Source: a virus. Taken from it: a stretch of DNA of 23,389 bases. The notes below the pieces were generated by a model. That model was given only the letters and a program-made list of their open reading frames with translations. It did not search any database and was not told where the DNA came from. Numbering within the stretch: position 1 is the first letter of the stretch; the number at the start of each line of letters is the position of its first letter. This document shows, in pieces, positions 16,566 through 23,389 of this stretch. The stretch lies in IMG/VR virus record IMGVR_UViG_3300037307_000339. One strand, written 5' to 3'. The translations under genes were made by a program, and so were the position numbers.

Positions 16566-17036
16566 TTATCGAGTTAGGATGATTGAGAATACCGATTGGG
16601 TTGTAATGGCTTTTGGAATCTCACGACTGCCTGTTGCAACGGGAGTCTCGAGAGTTTTAGGAACGAGATTGATCGACACTTGGGTGGCTTCTCCAGGATT
16701 GCCGTCGCCAGTGATGATTTCAAATTTAAATGCACCCGTTTGATCAAACAAAGTATCAGGTGCTGAGTACCAAGGTTTAGTATACCATGCGTCAGTGTAT
16801 GACAGAACTACAACCTTGTAGCAGCAAGGATGCGCATTTACAACAACTCCTTCCCAAGGCTTTAATGAGCCCTTTTCTGGAATCGTTGTGAGAACGATAT
16901 GCGGTCCAGCCTTAACGTCTGCCGTATAATGGGCGTCAAGACTCTGGGCTGGCAACCTAAATGTCCACGACGGGTCCGCTTGTGCGCTTGCAAGTACTAC
17001 ACAAAATGGGATACTGATGAGTGTTTTGAATTTCAT
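16566..17036 (-). CDS. small secreted protein, unknown function
   Basis: 156 aa with signal peptide MKFKTLISIPFCVVLASAQA. First gene after the promoter at 17067-17095. Confidence 0.8.
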   Translation of the reverse strand: MKFKTLISIPFCVVLASAQADPSWTFRLPAQSLDAHYTADVKAGPHIVLTTIPEKGSLKPWEGVVVNAHPCCYKVVVLSYTDAWYTKPWYSAPDTLFDQTGAFKFEIITGDGNPGEATQVSINLVPKTLETPVATGSREIPKAITTQSVFSIILTR

Positions 17037-17066
17037 AATAATCTCCTTATGTTACCAACAACAATA

Positions 17067-17095
17067 AGTCTATGTTACCTACTCCCCAATGTCAA
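17067..17095 (-). promoter_or_regulatory. sigma70-like promoter for the putative exopolysaccharide operon
   Basis: TTGACA-17-TAGACT on the minus strand. Confidence 0.8.
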
Positions 17096-17653
17096 GTGTT
17101 TAGCATAAAAATCTACGCCGGTTGGATTTTTAATACTCACCAGATCAACCTCTCCAACCGATTCAATTCTAGGCGATGCTGGCATAAAAGTGGTTTTCAA
17201 TTCTCGATAAATGATTCGCCACAACTCGTTATGATGATGTCTCATTTTGGACTTTTTAGGTACTCTATCATAATACTGCAATATCTTCGTTGGAAACCAC
17301 GATTCTTGAAGTGAGATAGATTCAAAGATGTGCGCCAGTTCGTGACAGATGAGTGCGATAAGAAGTTCGAGACCGCTACCTGTGAATGTTCCGATGATTG
17401 GATCATCCTTTACTCTTTTGAAGCTTTCGTAAAAGGTTCCACCCGTATCCCAGGTAACGAGTGTATCATAAAGAGAAAAAAAGGCATTGTATTTAAGTTG
17501 GCTACCGCTTACGCTACTAGTAGAATACCTGCTAGAGAATGACCATCTCGTATTGACGATAAGGATGGGGATATCATATACAACGCATCCCCATCTTATG
17601 ATGTCTTCCATCTTCTCAGTAAGACATCGAACTATGGCGTTGGGTCTATCCAT
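17075..17653 (-). CDS. putative zinc metallopeptidase-like protein (HExxH)
   Basis: LLIALICHELAHIFES contains HELAH. Confidence 0.65.
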   Translation of the reverse strand: MDRPNAIVRCLTEKMEDIIRWGCVVYDIPILIVNTRWSFSSRYSTSSVSGSQLKYNAFFSLYDTLVTWDTGGTFYESFKRVKDDPIIGTFTGSGLELLIALICHELAHIFESISLQESWFPTKILQYYDRVPKKSKMRHHHNELWRIIYRELKTTFMPASPRIESVGEVDLVSIKNPTGVDFYAKHLTLGSR

Positions 17654-17910
17654 CCTGGTGTTCTTTTCTTTCGGAGTATGAGTGGCTCAACACTTGCCTC
17701 TTTTGCAACTCTTCCACTAGCAACACAGAATTCGCCATCTTGTTCGACCTCCTTCAGCAATTCAAGAACTTCATCTTCTCTTATAGTCTCAAAATCAAAA
17801 TAACCTCGAAGAAGTTGGATGTGACACATGAAGTCTTGAAGAGTGCAGTCATGTTTAACGATAAGAATTTCTTGGATTTGATCAACATCTAATCGCACGG
17901 TACACCTCAA
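17632..17910 (-). CDS. hypothetical protein (92 aa) in radical SAM cassette
   Basis: Overlaps the radical SAM gene by 4 nt and the HExxH gene by 22 nt. Confidence 0.75.
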   Translation of the reverse strand: MRCTVRLDVDQIQEILIVKHDCTLQDFMCHIQLLRGYFDFETIREDEVLELLKEVEQDGEFCVASGRVAKEASVEPLILRKKRTPGWIDPTP

Positions 17911-19316
17911 TACACAGTGAACTTCTGTAGGAATTGACTGAAGTCGTCGTATGGGAAAGGAGCCATCTCATTAGGAGCATACGATGAGGGACCAATCTCT
18001 TGTTTTACTCCATCGATGTAGCAAGAAAACTTACCTTCTTCTGGAGTAAAGAAAATTTCATCAATGCCTTCTTCTCTAAAGGCGTCCTGATACTTCTGTA
18101 CGATAAGCGTGTCTACACCAATGGTAACATAGTCACCATGATGACGAGCCTTCTTGACCATTTCGATCCAGTCAAACTTATAAGGTTGGCGATGATCGGC
18201 GAACTTCTCTCCTCTACCTGTAGGCTTAAAACCGAGGATTGTTAGTGCTAGGTTGTGGTATGCACACTCTTTCAAGATGTGCGGGAAAGACCAATCACTC
18301 ACAACGCCGTCGATGACTTGAACCTGAACTCGGCTTCTGTCGATTCCGTACTTTTCGAGAAGGAAGCCTAATTCGCGAACCTCACGATTGTTATTTACTG
18401 AGAATGCAAATCCGCCTGCATACGACAGGATTTCATTTCGGCGAGTGTCATTCTTTAGCCAGTCTAAGGTCTTAGTTGTGAAGTTGGGAATCACATAGTT
18501 CCATCGACAAGTCCTCAATATCTTTTCAAAATCAGGGTGGGCTGTTGGTTCTCCACCACCGAGAGCCACCTCAAATATCTGATACTTCTTTAGCATATAA
18601 ATGACGTTGTTGATGTAGTTGGTATTGCCATGCTCTCCATTCTTAGTGCTACCCTGATAACAAAACGAGCAACGCTTATCGCAGAAGTCAGTGATCTTGA
18701 GATCTACCAATTCAGGTGCGAAAGCCTTAGTAATCTTGTCTTGCTTGGGGCTTAAGAACAAGCGTATCTTGTTGCCATTGTCTCGATTGAACAGAGTCCA
18801 ATAGCCGTTTAGCGGGTCCTTACGAGCAACGAGATTGACAGTAGAACCGTCATAGAGTAGCGGAAGGACAAATGGCTCATACTTGTGAGCTAGACTATGC
18901 TTTTGGTTGGTGTTGTCATTTCCACCTATGATGACTAAATGCTTTTGCAGCAGAAATTCTTTGTACTCATTGAAGAAGTCAACATCCATGCCAACACCTT
19001 CCCATGTTTTCGGCATTACAGGCATACTCTGGTGATCAATGCCAAGGCATTGATGTAGATCGTTGATATCAATATTCAGCCATGCTTTGATCAAGTCACG
19101 AGTGGCTAATCTGCTGATGATAGGGTCTAGGTGGTGCATTACGATAGAAGCAAGATACTGTCGCTTTGCTTGGTCACTGGCCGCGGTAAAAAAGTCCCAA
19201 CCAAAGCAATCGCTAAGATTGTCCTTGGCTGTACTTTTTTCTTTGGTGATGATGATGGAATGGGTCGATGAACTGTTTGTAGCGAACCCATAACGAACTG
19301 ACTTGACATGACTCAT
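17907..19316 (-). CDS. radical SAM protein with FATNSSSTHSI N-terminus
   Basis: KITDFCDKRCSFCYQ (CxxxCxxC), EVALGGGEPTAHPD. ATG at 19316 has SD GTGAGG (track gives a GTG start at 19328). Confidence 0.93.
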   Translation of the reverse strand: MSHVKSVRYGFATNSSSTHSIIITKEKSTAKDNLSDCFGWDFFTAASDQAKRQYLASIVMHHLDPIISRLATRDLIKAWLNIDINDLHQCLGIDHQSMPVMPKTWEGVGMDVDFFNEYKEFLLQKHLVIIGGNDNTNQKHSLAHKYEPFVLPLLYDGSTVNLVARKDPLNGYWTLFNRDNGNKIRLFLSPKQDKITKAFAPELVDLKITDFCDKRCSFCYQGSTKNGEHGNTNYINNVIYMLKKYQIFEVALGGGEPTAHPDFEKILRTCRWNYVIPNFTTKTLDWLKNDTRRNEILSYAGGFAFSVNNNREVRELGFLLEKYGIDRSRVQVQVIDGVVSDWSFPHILKECAYHNLALTILGFKPTGRGEKFADHRQPYKFDWIEMVKKARHHGDYVTIGVDTLIVQKYQDAFREEGIDEIFFTPEEGKFSCYIDGVKQEIGPSSYAPNEMAPFPYDDFSQFLQKFTVY

Positions 19317-19352
19317 TGAGTACCTCACATAGTAACCTTACATTATGCGCAT

Positions 19353-19381
19353 AGTATAGCCGTAAACAAGCAAGGTGTCAA
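19353..19381 (-). promoter_or_regulatory. sigma70-like promoter for the radical SAM gene
   Basis: TTGACA-17-TATACT, then ATGCGCATAATGTAAG. Confidence 0.85.
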
Positions 19382-19391
19382 GGACTTTTGA

Positions 19392-19468
19392 CGGTGCCGC
19401 GAGATGGATTCGAACCAATCACTGGCGGGACTGGTGCGCCCCTGCCTCTTCCTTTGGGCTATCGCGGT
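19392..19468 (-). tRNA. degenerate tRNA-like gene, anticodon uncertain (possibly ACC)
   Basis: Near-complete acceptor pairing CCGCGA/TCGCGG and GG-TTCGAAT-CC T-arm. D- and anticodon arms imperfect, 3' end CCG. Confidence 0.5.
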
Positions 19469-19546
19469 CTTGACCGATTACGAAATGAACAACACGAGGT
19501 TCAGGTTATCTCCGTTGATTCAATTTTCAGAGCTCATCAGTAGAAT

Positions 19547-19783
19547 TTAGTCTCTGGATAACACATCCCTTTCGCATTTGGTTTTAAGATCGATAGTATA
19601 CGTTTGACTTTGGTGTCCTAACTCGGGATCCTTAACAGTAACCAGGTTGTGCTTAAAGAACATGAAGTTCTCTTTGCCACGAGCAACCTTAGTCACTGCA
19701 TTGTACTCATCGAGTTTGGTCAGTGTCTTTCCTGCGAACTCGAAGTCATCGCTAATGTTCAATCCACCAAATCGCTTTTTCAT
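19547..19783 (-). CDS. hypothetical protein
   Basis: 78-aa ORF with good SD (GGTGGC/GGTGG region) and tandem neighbours. Confidence 0.65.
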   Translation of the reverse strand: MKKRFGGLNISDDFEFAGKTLTKLDEYNAVTKVARGKENFMFFKHNLVTVKDPELGHQSQTYTIDLKTKCERDVLSRD

Positions 19784-20080
19784 TTAAGCCACCAATGGAG
19801 GGAGAGGGTTATTGTTGAAAGGAGGGAAAGAGGGTGGCAATTTCTCCGTGTGGAGAATTACGAACATACCCGGCGGTCTCATGTTCTGAAACCTAAAGCG
19901 CATTCCTTCACGAGTAAACAAGTCTAGGTCTGAAGTTGTTTTTGCAGAAACAGGGGCAGCCTTCCTTGTCTTGTCTGCCATCTCTTCCAATGAGACAACC
20001 CATTCGTCCTTGAGAGCTTGGACTACAACCTCTTGCTTCTTTCTTTTTTGTCTGAATGCGTCTAAGTCAACGACAATCAT
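19784..20080 (-). CDS. hypothetical protein
   Basis: 98-aa ORF in tandem array. Confidence 0.65.
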   Translation of the reverse strand: MIVVDLDAFRQKRKKQEVVVQALKDEWVVSLEEMADKTRKAAPVSAKTTSDLDLFTREGMRFRFQNMRPPGMFVILHTEKLPPSFPPFNNNPLPPLVA

Positions 20081-20475
20081 TTGATCTCAATTCCTCTGAA
20101 ATGAGCGAACAGGACATGGTGGGTTGCTTGAGCCTTTTGGAGTGCAGAGGTCATGGCCATCATTGCTTGTGACAATGAGGTCATCGACTCGACCAGACGG
20201 TTGATTTGTTCTGATTGCTTTTGGAGAGTATCGTGAACAAGTCGGTTGATTCGGTCTTGCTCTTCTTGCTTTGTCACCACTTCATTCAATGCCAAGGCAA
20301 GTACAGCAACGATAGGATCAGTTTTGATCCTCTCAAGCATCTCTTCAAAACGGAATTTGAATGGTAGATTGTCCATAGTATACCTCACGATAAGAGAAAG
20401 GAAAGATGACAAGATAACTGAGACAAGATCGCCCAAAGCGATATTTATATCAAATAAATGTAGTCCCAGAAGCAT
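20077..20475 (-). CDS. hypothetical protein
   Basis: 132-aa ORF, 4-nt overlap. The start is probably internal (MDNLPFKFRFEEML). Confidence 0.65.
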   Translation of the reverse strand: MLLGLHLFDINIALGDLVSVILSSFLSLIVRYTMDNLPFKFRFEEMLERIKTDPIVAVLALALNEVVTKQEEQDRINRLVHDTLQKQSEQINRLVESMTSLSQAMMAMTSALQKAQATHHVLFAHFRGIEIK

Positions 20476-20641
20476 TCATCTTTTTCATTACTTAGCGTTT
20501 GTGGGCAGTATGGTAGCGATGGCTTGTGTCGATCAAGCGTTCTCCAGTTTATGAAACTGTTTGAGAAGCCGTCCTCCCCATCGCCATAAGTGAGTCTTTC
20601 CTGTAGGTCTCGATCATCTTTTCTTTGCTCGGTTGTTTCCC

Positions 20642-20992
20642 CTATTCGAGCTCTAAGATCGGTGTTTGCGTGATCTCACTCAAAAACAACGACAAAGTAT
20701 CTTCTCCAATGTAGTAAGATAGATGGGCTCTTGCTCGAATGACGTTCTGTCTAGCGAAAGCTACCGTTGCTTCTTTGATACCTGCTCTAGTAAAATCGTC
20801 AATATCCTTAACGCATGACACTAGGATACGAGCCGTCTGCATGATCTGTCCGAATAAGAGATTAATGTCATCATTTAGGTACTGCTTGAGCGATGGATGC
20901 GATGTCTTGGCATCATTCAAAACATAGTGCAAGCTTTCGATTGGACCAAGTTTCCTTCGTGCATCACGATAGATTTCAATATACGCGGCCAT
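20642..20992 (-). CDS. hypothetical helical protein
   Basis: 116-aa ORF. Confidence 0.65.
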   Translation of the reverse strand: MAAYIEIYRDARRKLGPIESLHYVLNDAKTSHPSLKQYLNDDINLLFGQIMQTARILVSCVKDIDDFTRAGIKEATVAFARQNVIRARAHLSYYIGEDTLSLFLSEITQTPILELE

Positions 20993-21129
20993 TTCAGTAG
21001 CAATCCTATGATGTCAATGATTTGCCCTACCACAATGAGCACACAACCAACCTGTATCCAAAAGGCACTAGTTTTTGATGCTCTCCAACTTTTGGTTAAC
21101 TTCATTTTCAAGAATTTAAATGCACTCAT
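20917..21129 (-). CDS. small membrane protein (overlaps downstream gene)
   Basis: 70-aa ORF with TM segment FWIQVGCVLIVVGQIIDIIGLLL. Confidence 0.45.
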   Translation of the reverse strand: MSAFKFLKMKLTKSWRASKTSAFWIQVGCVLIVVGQIIDIIGLLLKWPRILKSIVMHEGNLVQSKACTMF

Positions 21130-21301
21130 CTAAGGGCATTCTACTTATATCCGTGTGGTTGACAAGTTGTTTATAAAACATTCTTCTTTCGCTCTACCTC
21201 TAAGCTACCTCGGCATTGAAGTAGAGCCGAGGACGGGATTTAAACCCATAACTAAAAGTTTGAATACGAATGTAGTTTTATACAGCATTCAACCCTATTG
21301 A

Positions 21302-21380
21302 TGGATACCCCTGTAGGTTTTGAACTTGCGACCTTTCGGTTCGTAGCCGAATACTCTAAGTCCACTGAGCTAAGAGGGTA
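21302..21380 (-). tRNA. tRNA-Arg(ACG)
   Basis: TTCGG-CTACGAA-CCGAA anticodon arm, TACCCTC/AGGGGTA acceptor, TTCAAAA T-loop, encoded CCA. Confidence 0.8.
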
Positions 21381-21384
21381 AAAT

Positions 21385-21456
21385 TGGTGGAGGATCCGGG
21401 TGTTGATCCCGGCAAGGAAGGATTGCAAATCGTTCCTGAGCCCCGACTCATCCCCC
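21385..21456 (-). tRNA. tRNA, likely Ala(TGC), compact D-arm
   Basis: GGGGGAT/ATCCTCC acceptor, AACGA-TTTGCAA-TCCTT anticodon arm, CCGGG-ATCAACA-CCCGG T-arm, CCA. Confidence 0.7.
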
Positions 21457-21588
21457 ATTCGTTTAAATTACTCGACCCTTTCTCCATCCTTCTAGAATGG
21501 GGCTTTCAATTTGCACGTTCATCCGTGATCCCTATCGTTCCGAACAATGCAGATGTAGTCCTACAAAGCATTCGATTTGGTTATTTAG

Positions 21589-21664
21589 TGGTAGCGAGTA
21601 GAGGAATCGAACCTCTCTAGACAGGATTATGAGACCTGTAAGCTCACCAAAACTTGAACTCGCA
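21589..21664 (-). tRNA. tRNA with CAT anticodon (Met / Ile2)
   Basis: GCGAGT/ACTCGC acceptor, CAGGT-CTCATAA-TCCTG anticodon arm, AGAGG-TTCGATT-CCTCT T-arm, CCA. Confidence 0.82.
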
Positions 21665-21670
21665 ATAAAT

Positions 21671-21745
21671 TGGTAGCCAGTGAGTGAATCGAACACTCGA
21701 CAACCTCGGTGTAAACGAGACGCTCTACCTCTGAGCTAACCGGCT
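21671..21745 (-). tRNA. tRNA-Val(TAC)
   Basis: AGCCGGT/ACTGGCT acceptor, TCTCG-TTTACAC-CGAGG anticodon arm, GAGTG-TTCGATT-CACTC T-arm, CCA. Confidence 0.94.
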
Positions 21746-22011
21746 AAAAACGCCGACATAAAATTTCGAGACTTATATCTAGGAAAGGTGATGTAGTCCC
21801 GATGGCATTCGGCATAATCTTACTTATTAATACTCGTCATTCTCGTAGGCATAATACCGATCATTCCAGCGTCAACAGAATAGTCGTTTCCGTCAGAGCG
21901 GACGTAAGTGCTATTACCCTATTGTCAGCCCACACCTGGATAGTCCTAAATCACCTTACGCTGTTTACATTGTTTTCACAATATAGCAGCATCCTTGCTG
22001 CCTGTCAAGCC

Positions 22012-22221
22012 TTACTTAACCTTAACGATTATCCCGTTCTCAACCACGCAACTAGCATACCAGCGATGGGGTTCAGGATAATGTGGTCCCTCAATGTTGA
22101 TCGTACCATTCTTCGGCTCATTGCCACCAAACAGACCGGGCTGGTAGTACGTCACCTGTTCACCCGCAGCAACCGCTTCTTTCAGGGCTTTTTTCGTCTT
22201 AAAATTCCGACTCGTATACAT
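22012..22221 (-). CDS. small hypothetical phage-type protein
   Basis: 69 aa, KKALKEAVAAGEQVTYYQPGLFGG...IEGPHYPEPHRWYA. Confidence 0.8.
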   Translation of the reverse strand: MYTSRNFKTKKALKEAVAAGEQVTYYQPGLFGGNEPKNGTINIEGPHYPEPHRWYASCVVENGIIVKVK

Positions 22222-22231
22222 TTAGATTACC

Positions 22232-22372
22232 TCAGTGGAAAACTTCGCTAACATAAACCATGCAGAACACTTCGGTGTTCATTCTTGCCCAGTGGTGGGC
22301 ATCGAAACCCACTTGGAACACCTTTTCATAAACCTCAGGGCAGCCATGCAACTGGTACGTTACCTTAAACAT
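22232..22372 (-). CDS. small hypothetical protein (46 aa)
   Basis: MFKVTYQLHGCPEVYEKVFQVGFDAHHWARMNTEVFCMVYVSEVFH* with SD GAGAGGAAG. Absent from the supplied track. Confidence 0.72.
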   Translation of the reverse strand: MFKVTYQLHGCPEVYEKVFQVGFDAHHWARMNTEVFCMVYVSEVFH

Positions 22373-22469
22373 CTAAACTTCCTCTCAGATTGAGACAGTA
22401 GTCGCTTTGCACCCCACAACATCAGACATCGTCGTCACTTGCTGTTGAGTTTGCTTACTTTGTGACTAT

Positions 22470-22497
22470 AGTATAGCACAAATTTTCAGGAAGTCAA
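22470..22497 (-). promoter_or_regulatory. sigma70-like promoter with conserved leader
   Basis: TTGACT-16-TATACT, A10 tract immediately upstream, GTCACAAAGTAAGCAAACTCAACAG downstream. Confidence 0.87.
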
Positions 22498-23060
22498 GTT
22501 TTTTTTTTAAAATAGTTTTCTGAAGGGGAACCCTGTAGAACGTTACTCAGCGCGCGAAACACCGTAGCGTTAAACAGCCTTTCACGGGGTAGGTTGGCTT
22601 CCATCATGATGAACTCCTTCACGAACCTAGCTACTGCTGCACTTCGGCTAACTCCAGCATAACAGTGGACGATAAGATTTATGGGTTGAGGTAACTCGTG
22701 AAGTAGAATGACAAAGTTGACGATTTCGACAGCTTGCTCTTTCGAGATAGGCTTAAGCCTACAGCTTGGATACTCGATATCCACATCATCGAATTGAAGC
22801 TGAATACCATCATACCAAAGTGGATGATTGATCTTAGGGGCTGGTAACTCATCAGGCTCATTCCCGTAAATCGAAATATAAGCGTGAGTTTCTTTTGATG
22901 GAGAATCAGAAGTTGGGTAAAAGTTGATTTGTTTAAATTGAGAACGACTTATGTGTTTCACTGAAAGGATCATATCATTACCTACAGTAGATTGCTTGCA
23001 AAGTGTCCACAGTGTAACATACCTACAACTGAATATTAAGTCCTTTTTTTTCTTACTCAT
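22494..23060 (-). CDS. dual-specificity / tyrosine phosphatase-like protein
   Basis: LIVHCYAGVSRSAAVARFV matches the HCxxGxxRS signature. Confidence 0.88.
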   Translation of the reverse strand: MSKKKKDLIFSCRYVTLWTLCKQSTVGNDMILSVKHISRSQFKQINFYPTSDSPSKETHAYISIYGNEPDELPAPKINHPLWYDGIQLQFDDVDIEYPSCRLKPISKEQAVEIVNFVILLHELPQPINLIVHCYAGVSRSAAVARFVKEFIMMEANLPRERLFNATVFRALSNVLQGSPSENYFKKKT

Positions 23061-23063
23061 TCT

Positions 23064-23389
23064 TTTTAAAGGTACTTAGTGGTTACAGCTTTTTAAAGGT
23101 ACTTAGTGGTTACAGTTATCTACAATGAAGATAGATCATTTTATTCTTTTTAAATGAAGATAGATCATCTTATTCTTTTAAAGGTACTTAGTGGTTACAG
23201 CTTTTTAAAGGTACTTAGTAGTTACAGTTATCTATAATGAAGATAGATCATCTTATTCTTTTTAAATGAAGATAGATCATTTTATTCTTTTTAAATGAAG
23301 ATAGATCATCTTATTCTTTTAAAGGTACTTAGTGGTTACAGCTTTTTAAAGGTACTTAGTAGTTACAGTTATCTATAATGAAGATAGAT
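23064..23389. repeat. composite tandem-repeat array (truncated by window end)
   Basis: Six copies of AAAGGTACTTAGTRGTTACAG (23068, 23095, 23180, 23207, 23321, 23348) interleaved with six copies of ATGAAGATAGATCAT (23125, 23154, 23237, 23266, 23295, 23378 partial). Confidence 0.95.

Noticed and set aside
12393-17036. Operon considered as a type I secretion system or anti-phage defence system
   Set aside because: There is no ABC transporter or protease next to the HlyD-like protein and no nuclease or effector domain. The processive GT2 makes a polysaccharide module the simpler reading.
21225-21300. T-arm-like sequence ATGGG-TTTAAAT-CCCGT with a possible GAATG...CATTC arm on the minus strand
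   Set aside because: No matching 5' acceptor or D-arm. Not enough to call a tRNA.
21252-21458. Minus-strand 68-aa ORF
   Set aside because: Overlaps two tRNA genes (21302-21380 and 21385-21456).
23068-23389. Repeat array considered as a CRISPR
   Set aside because: Elements are interleaved with constant spacing sequence, and the intervening segments are themselves repeats rather than unique spacers.

Overview
This 23.4 kb window looks like an accessory region of a large tailed phage or phage-like element. Almost all convincing genes are on the minus strand, densely packed and often overlapping by 4-30 nt. It contains about 15 tRNA or tRNA-like genes, a SleB-type cell-wall hydrolase, and sigma70-like promoters with a shared leader sequence. 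The best candidate system is a five-gene operon on the minus strand (17036 -> 12393) with its own promoter at about 17067-17095. It encodes a small secreted protein, an Alg44/HlyD-like membrane-fusion protein, a multi-zinc-ribbon protein resembling the TackOD1 domain, a processive GT2 glycosyltransferase (PgaC/NodC/Alg8-like) and a secreted protein that may be a TIM-barrel glycoside hydrolase. Together these look like an exopolysaccharide synthesis/export module on a viral-type genome. A sugar-1-phosphate nucleotidyltransferase (7429-8172) lies in the same window. Other notable signals are a compact radical SAM / 92-aa protein / HExxH cassette, a composite tandem-repeat array at the right edge, a ~450-nt intergenic region rich in potential helices (5549-6001), tRNAs with unusual anticodon loops (C33, apparent A34), a frame-disrupted HAD/polynucleotide-kinase-like fragment, and small ORFs missing from the supplied track. 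All homology statements come from motif recognition by eye. No database search or folding program was run.
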